Assembly: GCA_048885865.1 (NCBI GenBank)
Contig: JBHLLF010000005.1
Coordinates: forward strand, 1 to 64,000
Source of the DNA: Candidatus Hermodarchaeota archaeon
Lineage (GTDB): Archaea > Asgardarchaeota > Thorarchaeia > Thorarchaeales > Thorarchaeaceae
Direction of reading: 5' to 3'
DNA: 64,000 nt
Numbering within the stretch: the first letter of the stretch is position 1; each line of letters opens with the position of its first letter. A model generated the notes under the pieces. The model had not been told where the DNA came from. It did not search any database and worked only from the letters and a program-made list of their open reading frames with translations. The translations under genes were made by a program, and so were the position numbers. This document shows, in pieces, positions 9,938 to 19,380 of this stretch.

Positions 9938-11146
9938 TCACTTTGCTGATACCACACAGATGACATCGCGGTCCTTGAGCACATGTTTGTCTGAGATTCT
10001 CATCTTTGTACGAGCATCTATTGCATGAATGAATGATTCCATCAGATCTGTATGAATGTGCCCAGCGAATTCCTTTGCCGTTGTTCCTTCAGGGACGAGA
10101 TATACATCGGGTAGAACATTCCCATCACCATCCGTCAATGAATTTGCGTCCTGAACAGGATAGACAGTAATCATGTTGAGATATTCGAACACAGCCTTGT
10201 TCAGAATGTTTTGAACCCCCGTGCCCCCATATTTCTTGAGTATATACTCTCTGAGTTTCTCAAGCTGTTCAACTTCTGCATCCTTCAAGTCCTCTCTTTT
10301 GAGAATCTCAAAGTCATCGTCACCTGGAATGTATTTTATTACAGATTTCTTCTCCAAGTCTTTGAGCACCTTTTCAGCGAGGGCACTGACTGGCACAATG
10401 AGAAGGTCTGGGAATGTTTCTTTCAGCCTCTCATAGTTCTCTTCTGCCTTTGGTCTGTCAATCTTATTTGCCGCAATTATCAAGGGCTTAGCGACATGCC
10501 AGAGAGTCGATGCAAAGTTCCTCAGCTCCTCCTCTGACCATTGGTCGGCAGCCTCGGCCTTGAGTTCTGAGTCACGAATAGCCTTCAGGATATGTTTACG
10601 GGCGACCTTCAATCCAGATAGCTTCTCTAGCAGAATCTCATCCAATCTCGCTCCTTCTGCCCTGACACGGCCAGCTATTCTTCGCCAGTCCTTCTGGATG
10701 ATTGCTAATACCCACTCGGTGATCTCTTCCTCCAGAAATTTCACATCATCAATTGGATTGTGGCTTCCAGCGGCAACCTCTTGTCCTTCTGCATCCAAGG
10801 CGCCGCTAGCATCTACAATATGTATCAAAACATCAGCCTGCCTCAAGTCGTCTAGGAACTGATTGCCCATCCCCCGCCCCTCATGGGCGCCAGGCACAAG
10901 ACCTGCGACATCAATCAGTTTGATTGGAACTAGTCGAATTCGTTCAATACAGACTGAGTTCTGTGGATTATCATCTACATCAAAATCTCCACACGCGCAT
11001 GGAGTCCTAACATGGGTCACACCCACATTTGCTTGGATAGTTGTGAATGGATAGCTCCCTTCCTTGAAATTCGTCATACAGGCGGCATTAGTGAATGAGG
11101 TCTTTCCACATGACGGTTTTCCTACAATCCCCACACTGAATCCCAT
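9938..11146 (-). CDS. ychF: Archaeal YchF/OBG-family ATPase/GTPase with TGS domain
   Basis: GKPSCGKT, YPFTTI, DVAGLVPGAHEGRGMGNQFLDD, ANKID, C-terminal TGS. Confidence 0.93.
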   Translation of the reverse strand: MGFSVGIVGKPSCGKTSFTNAACMTNFKEGSYPFTTIQANVGVTHVRTPCACGDFDVDDNPQNSVCIERIRLVPIKLIDVAGLVPGAHEGRGMGNQFLDDLRQADVLIHIVDASGALDAEGQEVAAGSHNPIDDVKFLEEEITEWVLAIIQKDWRRIAGRVRAEGARLDEILLEKLSGLKVARKHILKAIRDSELKAEAADQWSEEELRNFASTLWHVAKPLIIAANKIDRPKAEENYERLKETFPDLLIVPVSALAEKVLKDLEKKSVIKYIPGDDDFEILKREDLKDAEVEQLEKLREYILKKYGGTGVQNILNKAVFEYLNMITVYPVQDANSLTDGDGNVLPDVYLVPEGTTAKEFAGHIHTDLMESFIHAIDARTKMRISDKHVLKDRDVICVVSAK

Positions 11147-11220
11147 TCTTCTTCTCTCCACACATACACAGCTCATAAGCCGGATTAAACTGTTCAGGTT
11201 CGTTTCTACCGAATGATTTT

Positions 11221-11260
11221 TATGAATTAGGATTCATAATTAATATTGAATCAGGATTCA
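11221..11260. promoter_or_regulatory. Two tandem TGAAT-N4-ATTCA palindromic operators upstream of the NifX/MinD operon
   Basis: TATGAAT-TAGG-ATTCATA (11221-11238) and TGAAT-CAGG-ATTCA (11247-11260). Confidence 0.65.
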
Positions 11261-11293
11261 TTATTCTGATGGACGACCTATGAATGTGAGAAT

Positions 11294-11713
11294 ATGACCA
11301 AGATTTGTGTGACCTCTCAGGGTGACGAAATGGACGCACCTATGGATCCCAGGTTCGGAAGATGCAGCTACTTCATATTTGTAAATTCAGATTCAGGGGA
11401 ATTCAGTGCGGTTGGAAATGACGCTGTTTCTCGTGCACATGGGGCTGGCATAAGGGCTGCTCAGACTGTAGTTTCAAATGGTGCAAATGTGGTGATAACT
11501 GGCACCCTAGGCCCAAATGCCTACCCAGCTCTGCGTAACGCTGGCATCAGAATACTGGCTGCAACATCAGGTTCGGTTAGAGATGTAATTGAATCATACA
11601 AGAAAGGTTCTCTCAACGAGATAGCATCTCCCGGTCCTGCACATATGGGAATTGGTGGAGGTATGGGTCGCGGAAGAGGTCGTGGTGGACGTAGAGGAAG
11701 AGGAGGATACTAG
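11294..11713 (+). CDS. NifB/NifX-family (MTH1175-like) cofactor-binding protein
   Basis: DPRFGRCSYF, GAGIRAAQ, GPNAY, Gly/Arg-rich tail. Confidence 0.9.
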   Translation: MTKICVTSQGDEMDAPMDPRFGRCSYFIFVNSDSGEFSAVGNDAVSRAHGAGIRAAQTVVSNGANVVITGTLGPNAYPALRNAGIRILAATSGSVRDVIESYKKGSLNEIASPGPAHMGIGGGMGRGRGRGGRRGRGGY

Positions 11714-11715
11714 GA

Positions 11716-12084
11716 TTGAAACGCAGACTACTGTTTCCGTGCGAAGATCCAAGTGGTCAATATATCGCCGCTCATTTCGGCCGTGCGCCCTATTTTGTGG
11801 CTGTCGACCTTGATGAGAGCGGCGCCGTCATGGAAAAGTCAGTTCATCCCAATACTGGAGAGCATACTGGCGGTAAGGGTCATGCCCACAGCAATGTTAT
11901 GAGCCTAGACCCAAACGTGGTGATTGTACATGGCATGGGGCCTCGAGGGCTAACAAGTTTCCAGAGCAGGGACATTGCAGTATTACAGGCCAATAGCAGT
12001 CTTGTCGATAATCTAGTGGATGCATACAAACGAAATGAGCTTCGAGAGCTCACAGAGGGCTGCTCACAGGCGCACCATAAATGA
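11716..12084 (+). CDS. NifB/NifX-family protein
   Basis: AHFGRAPYF, VIVHGMGPRG, His-rich end. Confidence 0.87.
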   Translation: MKRRLLFPCEDPSGQYIAAHFGRAPYFVAVDLDESGAVMEKSVHPNTGEHTGGKGHAHSNVMSLDPNVVIVHGMGPRGLTSFQSRDIAVLQANSSLVDNLVDAYKRNELRELTEGCSQAHHK

Positions 12085-12111
12085 ATGAACACGGGCTAGA
12101 GGCCGGCAGTC

Positions 12112-12951
12112 TTGATTATAACAGTTGCATCTGGAAAAGGTGGTACAGGCAAGACCACCGTCGCTGTGAACATGGCTTTGTCACTAGGAGATACAACTCT
12201 TCTTGATTGTGATGTAGAGGAACCCAACGTACACGCACTACTCCATCCTGAGAAAACGCACTCCGAACCTGTGATGGTACCAACCCCTCTTATTGACATG
12301 GACAGATGCACGCTCTGTGCAACATGTGCTGAGTTCTGCGAGTTTAACGCAATATTCGTTGGCAAGAGCGTACTTGTTTACCCAGAGATCTGTCATTCAT
12401 GTGGAGGCTGCTCCCTAGTCTGTCCTGAGGGTGCTATTGAGGAAAAGCCTCGTCAAGTTGGAAATCTATACAGAACGGGAGTAGATGGGATCCATCTTGC
12501 ATACGGAGAGCTCAATGTTGGAGAGCCTGTAGCAATCCCTGTTATCAAAGCAGTCAAGAAGATGATGGACCAAGAGGGAATCACGATTCTTGATGCCCCA
12601 CCAGGCACTGCCTGTCCAGTCATTGAAACGATGCAGGACAGTGACTTTGTTGTATTAGTGACTGAGCCCACACCCTTTGGACTTCATGATCTTTCAATGA
12701 CGGTTGATGTCATTAAGGAACTTGATATTCCCCATGGCGTTGTATTGAATCGTGTGGGGATTGGAAATGATGAGGTGAGAGAGTTCTGTAGAACAAAGGG
12801 TATTCCCGTCTTACTTGAGATTCCATTTGATAGAAAGATAGCTGAACTGTATTCCAAGGGAGTGCCCTTTGTCCAAGAGATGCCGGTCTGGAGAGAACGA
12901 TTCATACATCTGTTCGAGGTCATAAAGGAGATGTCAAGAAGTGGCAATTGA
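12112..12951 (+). CDS. MinD-superfamily P-loop ATPase with inserted 2x[4Fe-4S] ferredoxin
   Basis: SGKGGTGKTT, DCDVEEPN, two CxxCxxCxxxC motifs, DAPPGTACP, TEPTPFGLHD. Confidence 0.92.
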   Translation: MIITVASGKGGTGKTTVAVNMALSLGDTTLLDCDVEEPNVHALLHPEKTHSEPVMVPTPLIDMDRCTLCATCAEFCEFNAIFVGKSVLVYPEICHSCGGCSLVCPEGAIEEKPRQVGNLYRTGVDGIHLAYGELNVGEPVAIPVIKAVKKMMDQEGITILDAPPGTACPVIETMQDSDFVVLVTEPTPFGLHDLSMTVDVIKELDIPHGVVLNRVGIGNDEVREFCRTKGIPVLLEIPFDRKIAELYSKGVPFVQEMPVWRERFIHLFEVIKEMSRSGN

Positions 12952-13810
12952 GATTGCAATTGTCAGTGGAAAAGGCGGTACAGGTAAGACCACGATAGCA
13001 GCAGCATTCGCAGCAATCTCACAAGACCTTGTGACTGCTGATTGTGATGTGGATGCTCCAGATTTGCACATCCTTCTACAACCTGATAGGACAAAGACTG
13101 AGGAGTTTCAAAGCTCGAAAGTTGCATTGATTAAACTGGATACATGTACAGGATGTGGCCTGTGTGCAGAGAAGTGTCGTTTCGAAGCAATCAACCCTCC
13201 GGAGATTAACACAATAGCGTGTGAGGGATGTGGAGTCTGTGCATACGTCTGTCCTGAAAAGGCGATAGATATGACTCCCCGTACTTCAGGGTTCCTCCAT
13301 GAATCCATGACTCGTTTTGGTCCTATGTCTCATGCGAAACTGTTGCCTGGTGAAGGCAACTCTGGCAAGCTAGTGACCGAAGTTCGGAGGCAGGCCCAGA
13401 AACTTGCCGACAAGAATGGTCAGGACATTACTCTGATAGATGGGTCTCCAGGAATCGGCTGCCCTGTGATCGCTACAGTCAGTGGCATAAAATTGGGAGT
13501 GATAGTGACTGAACCCACCATGTCTGGCATTCATGATATGGAACGAGTCATAGCACTCCTGGAGCGGTTCAAGGTTCATACAATGGTTCTAGTCAACAAA
13601 TATGACCTCAATCCCGAGAACACTCTGCGAATTGAGCAGATATGTACTGAGAATGGAGTGGACTTTCTGGGCACAGTCCCATTTGATCCAGTCATGACCG
13701 AATCAATGGTGGCTGCTAAGACATTGCCCGAGTTTGTCCCCGATCACAAGATAACCCACTTGTTGAAGAGCATGTGGGGCAAAATCACTCAAGCTGTATC
13801 GATTGAATAG
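12941..13810 (+). CDS. MinD-superfamily P-loop ATPase with inserted ferredoxin (partner paralogue)
   Basis: SGKGGTGKTT, DCDVDAPD, CTGCGLC, CEGCGVC, DGSPGIGCP. Confidence 0.92.
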   Translation: MAIEIAIVSGKGGTGKTTIAAAFAAISQDLVTADCDVDAPDLHILLQPDRTKTEEFQSSKVALIKLDTCTGCGLCAEKCRFEAINPPEINTIACEGCGVCAYVCPEKAIDMTPRTSGFLHESMTRFGPMSHAKLLPGEGNSGKLVTEVRRQAQKLADKNGQDITLIDGSPGIGCPVIATVSGIKLGVIVTEPTMSGIHDMERVIALLERFKVHTMVLVNKYDLNPENTLRIEQICTENGVDFLGTVPFDPVMTESMVAAKTLPEFVPDHKITHLLKSMWGKITQAVSIE

Positions 13811-13814
13811 AGTG

Positions 13815-13829
13815 GGGGTGTAACACCCC
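13815..13829. terminator. Short hairpin between convergent genes
   Basis: GGGGTG-TAA-CACCCC between stops at 13810 and 13832. Confidence 0.35.
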
Positions 13830-13831
13830 TC

Positions 13832-14146
13832 TCATTCCTTTGCTTCTATCTCAGTGAGTCGTTTCTCGATTCTCTGAAAGGCTTCTTGGATTGATTTCAG
13901 CTGACTTTCTAACATGTCTCTCTGATACTGTAGCGCTTCACGCTCTTCTGTTGGAGTTATTTGACCTGCAATCGGAGGTCTCACTCCATAATCTCTCCAA
14001 TATCCAAGCGTCCAGCAAGAGCCGGGTCCATAGAGCCATCCTGGTCTCTCCCATGGAGGGAGATTTCGGAAAGGCCCATTTCCAGGCCATCTGCCGCCAC
14101 GACCCCCGCTACCTCTACGTCCATATCCATACATATGATTGCTCAA
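13832..14146 (-). CDS. DUF5320-like Gly/Arg-rich coiled-coil protein
   Basis: GRGGRWPGNGPFRNLPPWERPGW plus C-terminal coiled coil; typical neighbour of NifX/MinD clusters. Confidence 0.75.
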   Translation of the reverse strand: MSNHMYGYGRRGSGGRGGRWPGNGPFRNLPPWERPGWLYGPGSCWTLGYWRDYGVRPPIAGQITPTEEREALQYQRDMLESQLKSIQEAFQRIEKRLTEIEAKE

Positions 14147-14160
14147 CTCGTTATGTTATT

Positions 14161-14200
14161 TTGTGCATATGCACAACATTATTTATGTGCATACGAACGA
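14161..14200. promoter_or_regulatory. Palindromic operator between DUF5320 and DUF134 genes
   Basis: Perfect TTGTGCAT-ATGCACAA (14161-14176) and degenerate second copy ATGTGCATACGAACGA (14185-14200). Confidence 0.7.
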
Positions 14201-14263
14201 ATATAAGCATATTGGACTGACAAAGCTTGAAGCAAATCTGTTTGACAGAGTGGCTGGTGACAG

Positions 14264-14572
14264 ATGCATCGAAGAAGAAGGGGTCGTCGTGGGCGAATGC
14301 CAGTCCAACCACGACTAGGAGCACGATTCAAAGCAAATCGCATGAATCCTGAACCAAAGGCCGATGAACGACCCGTATATATCGATCCCGCAGAGGCAGA
14401 AGTCCTGCGACTTGTGGATCTTGAAGGTTTGTATCAAGAGCATGCTGGGGATGCAATGGGTGTGTCTAGAGGCACTATCTGGCGGCTTCTTGAGAGTGCT
14501 CGAAGAAAAGTGGTCAGATCACTCTTTGAAGGAAGACCCCTCATCATTGGTCACTCACCCGATGAGGACTGA
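14264..14572 (+). CDS. DUF134 (UPF0251) HTH DNA-binding protein
   Basis: EAEVLRLVDLEGLYQEHAGDAMGVSRGTIWRLLESARRK. Confidence 0.9.
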   Translation: MHRRRRGRRGRMPVQPRLGARFKANRMNPEPKADERPVYIDPAEAEVLRLVDLEGLYQEHAGDAMGVSRGTIWRLLESARRKVVRSLFEGRPLIIGHSPDED

Positions 14573-14808
14573 CAAGTTGGATGCTATAGGCCATATAGCC
14601 AATGCAACTCGTTTGACCGTTTGTTAAGCGCTCAAAAAACTGTTCTTCACTTCTGACTCTACGCATTACACACATTCTTGTATCTTAAAACCCGTCTTCT
14701 CAGAAAGTGCTTAGGGGCCTTCTAGGTCTCATTCCAGAGCACCAAATTGTGCGATGCTCCCTTATATGCCAATTCGCCAATCTGTCTAAATGGAGAGGAC
14801 AACTAACC

Positions 14809-15237
14809 ATGCAGACTGTACCCTCAGGACCCATCAGCGACCCAATTCTGGTCAGAAGACCTGCATTTCCACGATGGTGGGATCCGATTGCCAGACCTCA
14901 TGTTGCTATTGTTGTACGTGACCCTATTTCTGGACAGGACATCAGATACTACCTTTCACAGAGGGGCCATGGAAACACGAATGGAAGAGAACTGCTTGAA
15001 GTTGCTGACATAGATGGACTTGATGAGGGTACATTACTAGAGGTCCGATATAGTGCCACAAAGGCCAATCTTTACCGACTTGAACTGGTAGATGGCGTGT
15101 CCTGTTGGAGATGGATGGCTCGTTGTAGAGAGCTACCCGACTTCAATTATCCTGCTGAGATTCGATGGAACGGTCTTTTGGAAAACTCACCGATTGATAT
15201 CAGCGATTCCTTGTCATATAAGATTCAGACGAACTGA
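14809..15237 (+). CDS. Hypothetical protein
   Basis: ATG after GGAGAGG SD; 142 aa; no recognised motif. Confidence 0.55.
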   Translation: MQTVPSGPISDPILVRRPAFPRWWDPIARPHVAIVVRDPISGQDIRYYLSQRGHGNTNGRELLEVADIDGLDEGTLLEVRYSATKANLYRLELVDGVSCWRWMARCRELPDFNYPAEIRWNGLLENSPIDISDSLSYKIQTN

Positions 15238-15241
15238 AGCC

Positions 15242-15994
15242 CTAGAATATGACTGATAGGCAAGTGAGGGCTCCCTCACACTTCTCGAACTCGCTCATGT
15301 CTAGCGGTATGACTTCGAATCCGGCTTCTGTAACAAAAGTCTGAGTCTTGTGATGCCTTTTAGACACCAATACTGCATTACCAACAGTCAAGGTGTTTGC
15401 GGCATAGCCCTCTTCTCTTGGGACAACTATCTTGTCAAAGCCATGTAGTGTTGGATGACTTTCGAAATCTTCAGTCACAACTATGGTGTTTCTATCCAAG
15501 TATGTGACATGACTCTTCAGATGAATGACGGACTCATCTTCAATAGTGTCAGACTTGATGCTTAGCCATCTTGACATCTGTTTCACACCTTTTGCATTGG
15601 TCCTCTGGGTGATTCCTGTAATCAATCGATTAGGGAGATGAATGACATCGCCGCCCTCTATTGTGGCCGGCTTTCTGGCAAATCCTAGTTCAAGATAGTC
15701 CTTTAGCATCTCTGCCACTGCAAACTCTTCACCTCTGCGGCTTCCTTCTGCAAATCTTGTCATGAAGCCCCTGTTTCCATGAACAACTACAGTGTCTTCT
15801 ACGAAACATGAATCAGGATGCGTTTCATCCGGAGGGAGTCTGATTAGCTTCAGTCCCAGACTGGACAATGTTTGACAATATTCAGCATGTTGTTCTTGAG
15901 CTAGGGGCAGGTTCAGAGCATGATGCGCTGGGTGAGCCGAGATGCACCGTCTAAATGCACTGCTTGGTGGTCTAACAATCGCTTGCTTCATCAC
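15242..15994 (-). CDS. Dimethylarginine dimethylaminohydrolase (amidinotransferase fold)
   Basis: PDSCFVED, SRRGE, IEGGDV, RTN, HLKS, EGALTCLS. Confidence 0.92.
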   Translation of the reverse strand: MMKQAIVRPPSSAFRRCISAHPAHHALNLPLAQEQHAEYCQTLSSLGLKLIRLPPDETHPDSCFVEDTVVVHGNRGFMTRFAEGSRRGEEFAVAEMLKDYLELGFARKPATIEGGDVIHLPNRLITGITQRTNAKGVKQMSRWLSIKSDTIEDESVIHLKSHVTYLDRNTIVVTEDFESHPTLHGFDKIVVPREEGYAANTLTVGNAVLVSKRHHKTQTFVTEAGFEVIPLDMSEFEKCEGALTCLSVIF

Positions 15995-16048
15995 CTGAAA
16001 CCATGAAGCCAGTGTCTTATTACTTAGCTGGGAACCATAGCTTTAAAT

Positions 16049-16080
16049 GTAAAGTTTACTTTACGTAAAATGAACTTTAC
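16049..16080. promoter_or_regulatory. Two abutting GTAAAR-N4-CTTTAC operators for the XRE regulator
   Basis: GTAAAG-TTTA-CTTTAC (16049-16064) then GTAAAA-TGAA-CTTTAC (16065-16080), just downstream of TTTAAA TATA. Confidence 0.75.
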
Positions 16081-16100
16081 ATCCAAATAAGGTGATCAGT

Positions 16101-16337
16101 ATGATTGTGAACAGGCTGCGGGAACTCCGAGAAGCCAAGATGGAAACGTCAGAGCAACCTGAGCTATGGACTCAGGAGGGAACGGCGAAGCGTCTCGGAG
16201 TCACGAGGCAGACAATCATATCTATGGAGAAGAGGACGTATAATCCCTCTCTTACACTTGCCTTCAAGCTGGCGCGTCTATTTGGATTGAAGATTGAAGA
16301 CATATTCGAGTTTACGAGTGATGAGAATGAATCGTAG
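16101..16337 (+). CDS. XRE-family HTH transcriptional regulator
   Basis: NRLRELR..TQE..AKRLGVTRQTIISMEK..YNPSL.LAFKLA..F...IEDIF. Confidence 0.92.
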   Translation: MIVNRLRELREAKMETSEQPELWTQEGTAKRLGVTRQTIISMEKRTYNPSLTLAFKLARLFGLKIEDIFEFTSDENES

Positions 16338-16689
16338 TGTATTGGCTGGTCTGGGTATTGTGGTTGTGGTAATCATAGTGTTCACCATCATGTGGATTCT
16401 GGACATAGCTTCTCTAGCTGGCATTATGGGAGCCATTGGCGGTATGGTCGGCGGAATCCTTGGTGCTTCTTATATGAAGAGGTTCCACGATGAGAGGTTC
16501 TCTCTAATCACGAAGAAGTCCGCGAGCAATGCCTATTGGTTTGTCATGATAGCTCTGCCTCTTAGTTGGATTGTGATGATACGAGCAGAAACAATCACAA
16601 TTTCACTGGCTTTAGGGCTGGCCCTCGCAATCTGGATGTTGTCTTTCGTCGTACTCTACATTTCACTGTTCTACTACTATAGGAAATAA
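16327..16689 (+). CDS. DUF2178-like membrane protein
   Basis: TM helices, DER...I..KSA motif, YYY end; overlaps the XRE stop. Confidence 0.7.
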   Translation: MNRSVLAGLGIVVVVIIVFTIMWILDIASLAGIMGAIGGMVGGILGASYMKRFHDERFSLITKKSASNAYWFVMIALPLSWIVMIRAETITISLALGLALAIWMLSFVVLYISLFYYYRK

Positions 16690-16745
16690 CTCGCCTCTTC
16701 AATCGATTTGATGAAGGAAGTGGAATGGAATAGGAACGGACAGAA

Positions 16746-18152
16746 TCAGGAAGGCAGATGCTCCATGCAGTTCAAGGCGCTTCCAACCTGAACTCTTACT
16801 AGTTTCTGGATAGGAATTACTTCGAAATTTGTCCCCTTCAGGGTCCTTTTCACTGTGGACTCGACGTACTCGTTCAATTCGCTCTTGATTTCTGACAGCA
16901 TCTTGCTTTGGTTTGGATGTATCAGCATGGCTTCATCACACAATCTAGCTGTCATTGCGGGTCTAAAAGCACCATAGTATCTAGAAGCAGTCTTGGAGTC
17001 AAAGGCTTGAGCTACTGTTGCCTTTCCCTCATACATCGAGTCAGTCTTGGCGTGATGCATTTGAGGGGCAATTCGTTTCTCAAAGTTATCAATTGCATCT
17101 GCCACAGAACTGAAGATCTTAGACTTGGGGTCACAGAGGTTTCTAAATCGATTAAACCTCTCCTTGGTATATTTGTGAACTTCTATGAAGAAATCATATG
17201 AGTCTAGAACCAGCTTGCGACGGTCCTCTTCGGTAGGGGAGTCATCATCTAAATCCCGGTCATAGAAATAGGGCATCTCACAGACGAGAGTGAAACCACG
17301 ATTGCTAGTCACTCTTTTGAGATAGTCGTCTGATGATGTGCCACACAGAATGAGTTCCTGTGGGTTTTCTACCCCGTTTGCTTCGTAGAAGTCATAGTTC
17401 TCCGATATGCCAAACATTTGATAGATGCCAGGATGAAACTCCTTTAGGTAGGGCGCTTCAGGCTCTCCTTGATGTAGGGGCAGTTTTTCACGTTTTACAA
17501 GATTCACAAGTCCTGAAAACATCTCCTCGATTCGATGGCTGATGTAGTAGTAGACTCCACAGAATCCTGCATTATGAAGGCTGAACATGAAATCAGGCTT
17601 GGTTTCATCAATGATACGCATCAAGGCCCGTGTTTCCGGTGGGGAGTCAGTGAATTTGAGTTTCTTGTATTCGATAGGGAATGTCCACTCCATCTGCTCA
17701 TGTGAAGCAGGCCTATAGTAGTGCTTTGCGTACTTAACGGGATCAAAATCGCCCTTGAACCAACCCTCGTTCAGTGCTGCTCCATCAGGGTCAATCACCT
17801 TGATCAAGTGCCAAGTGAATCCTGTCTTCTTAGTGAAATCGGGGTTTTCGGCCAGATACTTGGACAGAAACTCCACAGTCATGCTGCCGATTGGCTCATT
17901 GGGATGAGGAAATGCAAAGAGCAGCGCGTTTCGGTCACCCGTGCCTATCTTCAGACATGATATTGGTCTTCCCTCCCTAGACTCTCCTATTTTCTCGAGA
18001 GTGACCTCTGAGAAATCTTCTGCGAGTTTCTTACTTGAGTTATCGAGTTCTTCAACCGTCATGAACTCTCTATATGTCGGAACTGCATCTAGGACCTCAT
18101 CAAAATTCAACAGTCTATCCTCCGCTGGCTGATGCTCTGTATGCAGAGACAC
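16746..18152 (-). CDS. M14-family zinc carboxypeptidase
   Basis: GESREGRPI, HPNEPIG, DPDGA, FSLHN, VCEMPY. Confidence 0.87.
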   Translation of the reverse strand: MSLHTEHQPAEDRLLNFDEVLDAVPTYREFMTVEELDNSSKKLAEDFSEVTLEKIGESREGRPISCLKIGTGDRNALLFAFPHPNEPIGSMTVEFLSKYLAENPDFTKKTGFTWHLIKVIDPDGAALNEGWFKGDFDPVKYAKHYYRPASHEQMEWTFPIEYKKLKFTDSPPETRALMRIIDETKPDFMFSLHNAGFCGVYYYISHRIEEMFSGLVNLVKREKLPLHQGEPEAPYLKEFHPGIYQMFGISENYDFYEANGVENPQELILCGTSSDDYLKRVTSNRGFTLVCEMPYFYDRDLDDDSPTEEDRRKLVLDSYDFFIEVHKYTKERFNRFRNLCDPKSKIFSSVADAIDNFEKRIAPQMHHAKTDSMYEGKATVAQAFDSKTASRYYGAFRPAMTARLCDEAMLIHPNQSKMLSEIKSELNEYVESTVKRTLKGTNFEVIPIQKLVRVQVGSALNCMEHLPS

Positions 18153-18253
18153 GAACCCTCCTTATATTTGCGGAGTTTCATCTCGAATAAGCCACAAGGA
18201 GAGGACCGGAACCCTGAAACGGTTTCGGGATATAATCCACCTGAGAATATAGA

Positions 18254-18481
18254 TTGATTGTAGTCTATCTGATGGTGCTAGGTATCCTGATCGGGCTGGC
18301 TTTCTATAGCTACATCCGTTTCATCCGGGCATCAGATCGACCTAGTTACCAACCGACTGAAGTAAGTACCATGATTGGTGGTCGAGTGGAGCATATCACT
18401 ACAGGAGCCGTACCCAAGCTTATGCCCCGTCACTTGATGAGTGAGTCGGAACGGGATGAAGAGTGGCAGCTCGAGCAATGA
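18254..18481 (+). CDS. Small single-TM hypothetical protein
   Basis: 75 aa, N-terminal hydrophobic helix, TATA-like ATATAA upstream. Confidence 0.5.
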   Translation: MIVVYLMVLGILIGLAFYSYIRFIRASDRPSYQPTEVSTMIGGRVEHITTGAVPKLMPRHLMSESERDEEWQLEQ

Positions 18482-18492
18482 CTCCTAATCTG

Positions 18493-18513
18493 AGAAGTGG
18501 TAGCAGGTAGATG
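18493..18513 (-). repeat. Isolated copy of the tRNA-iMet 3'-end-like motif
   Basis: AGAAGTGGTAGCAGGTAGATG matches 27022-27042 at 20/21 positions. Confidence 0.7.
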
Positions 18514-18556
18514 CTCCATTGAGTTGGTATTTGAATCCTTCAGGGGTTTTTCAAGG

Positions 18557-18832
18557 CTAATCATCTGACCAATCCCCTGAGGATATGTCAGCCAAGGATT
18601 TTCTCTTCTGTCTACTCATGCGATACAGAATGACACTCATAAGCATCGGAGTCAACACCATCAGGACTATCAACAACAGAACTTCATCCTGCGTAAGTGA
18701 GTAATAAGGCGCTAGAATGGATTGTATCACTGCCGAGAGCATAAAGACAGCTACAAAGGCGCAGCATATGGAACATCCCCTATACATCACTCTAGCAGTC
18801 GCGTCCAAACCTTCTCCCGTTGCAGTGGCCAT
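18557..18832 (-). CDS. Small two-TM hypothetical protein
   Basis: 91 aa, two hydrophobic helices. Confidence 0.55.
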   Translation of the reverse strand: MATATGEGLDATARVMYRGCSICCAFVAVFMLSAVIQSILAPYYSLTQDEVLLLIVLMVLTPMLMSVILYRMSRQKRKSLADISSGDWSDD

Positions 18833-18928
18833 GTCAATCCCACAACACTAGATTCTACGCCTTTCAGATAGAAATTGTGGTTTCAAAGAAGATGGCTCTA
18901 ATCTTAATTCTAATATGACATGTAATCC

Positions 18929-19267
18929 ATGGTTGCCCAGATGGAGATTATGCAACTACCAAGAATGAAGATAACCGTAGTACGAAGGTACAGTCCAGAG
19001 GAAGTGTTTGGACATCCAATGACTCAGTCCTCGTCAGGCAAAGCGATACCAGCCTGCCGAATCTTGGAAGATGGACAGGAGTTCATTGCTGATAACAGCT
19101 TCACGATGCCTGAAGGTTTCTGCGGATGGGCCTGGAGGGACTTGACTGTCCGATTCACTAAATTCGACCTAGTCGATATGGATTGGCCTGGTCCAAATGT
19201 GACCTATGTGGCATGTGGGGATGGCGTGAGGCCAGTTATCTTTCGACTGGAGAAGCTTGATGATTGA
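18929..19267 (+). CDS. TIGR04076-family protein
   Basis: KITVV, C..LEDGQEF, PEGFCGWAW, ACGDGVRPVIFRLE. Confidence 0.85.
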   Translation: MVAQMEIMQLPRMKITVVRRYSPEEVFGHPMTQSSSGKAIPACRILEDGQEFIADNSFTMPEGFCGWAWRDLTVRFTKFDLVDMDWPGPNVTYVACGDGVRPVIFRLEKLDD

Positions 19268-19380
19268 TGTCGACTATGGAGGCAACTCACAGAAAACAAA
19301 CAGAGAAGAAGTCGTAGTGGATGAGTGACCGTTTCACTGGCTCTCTGAGTTCGAGTCTTGTACCAGTTCTTTGGTCCATA

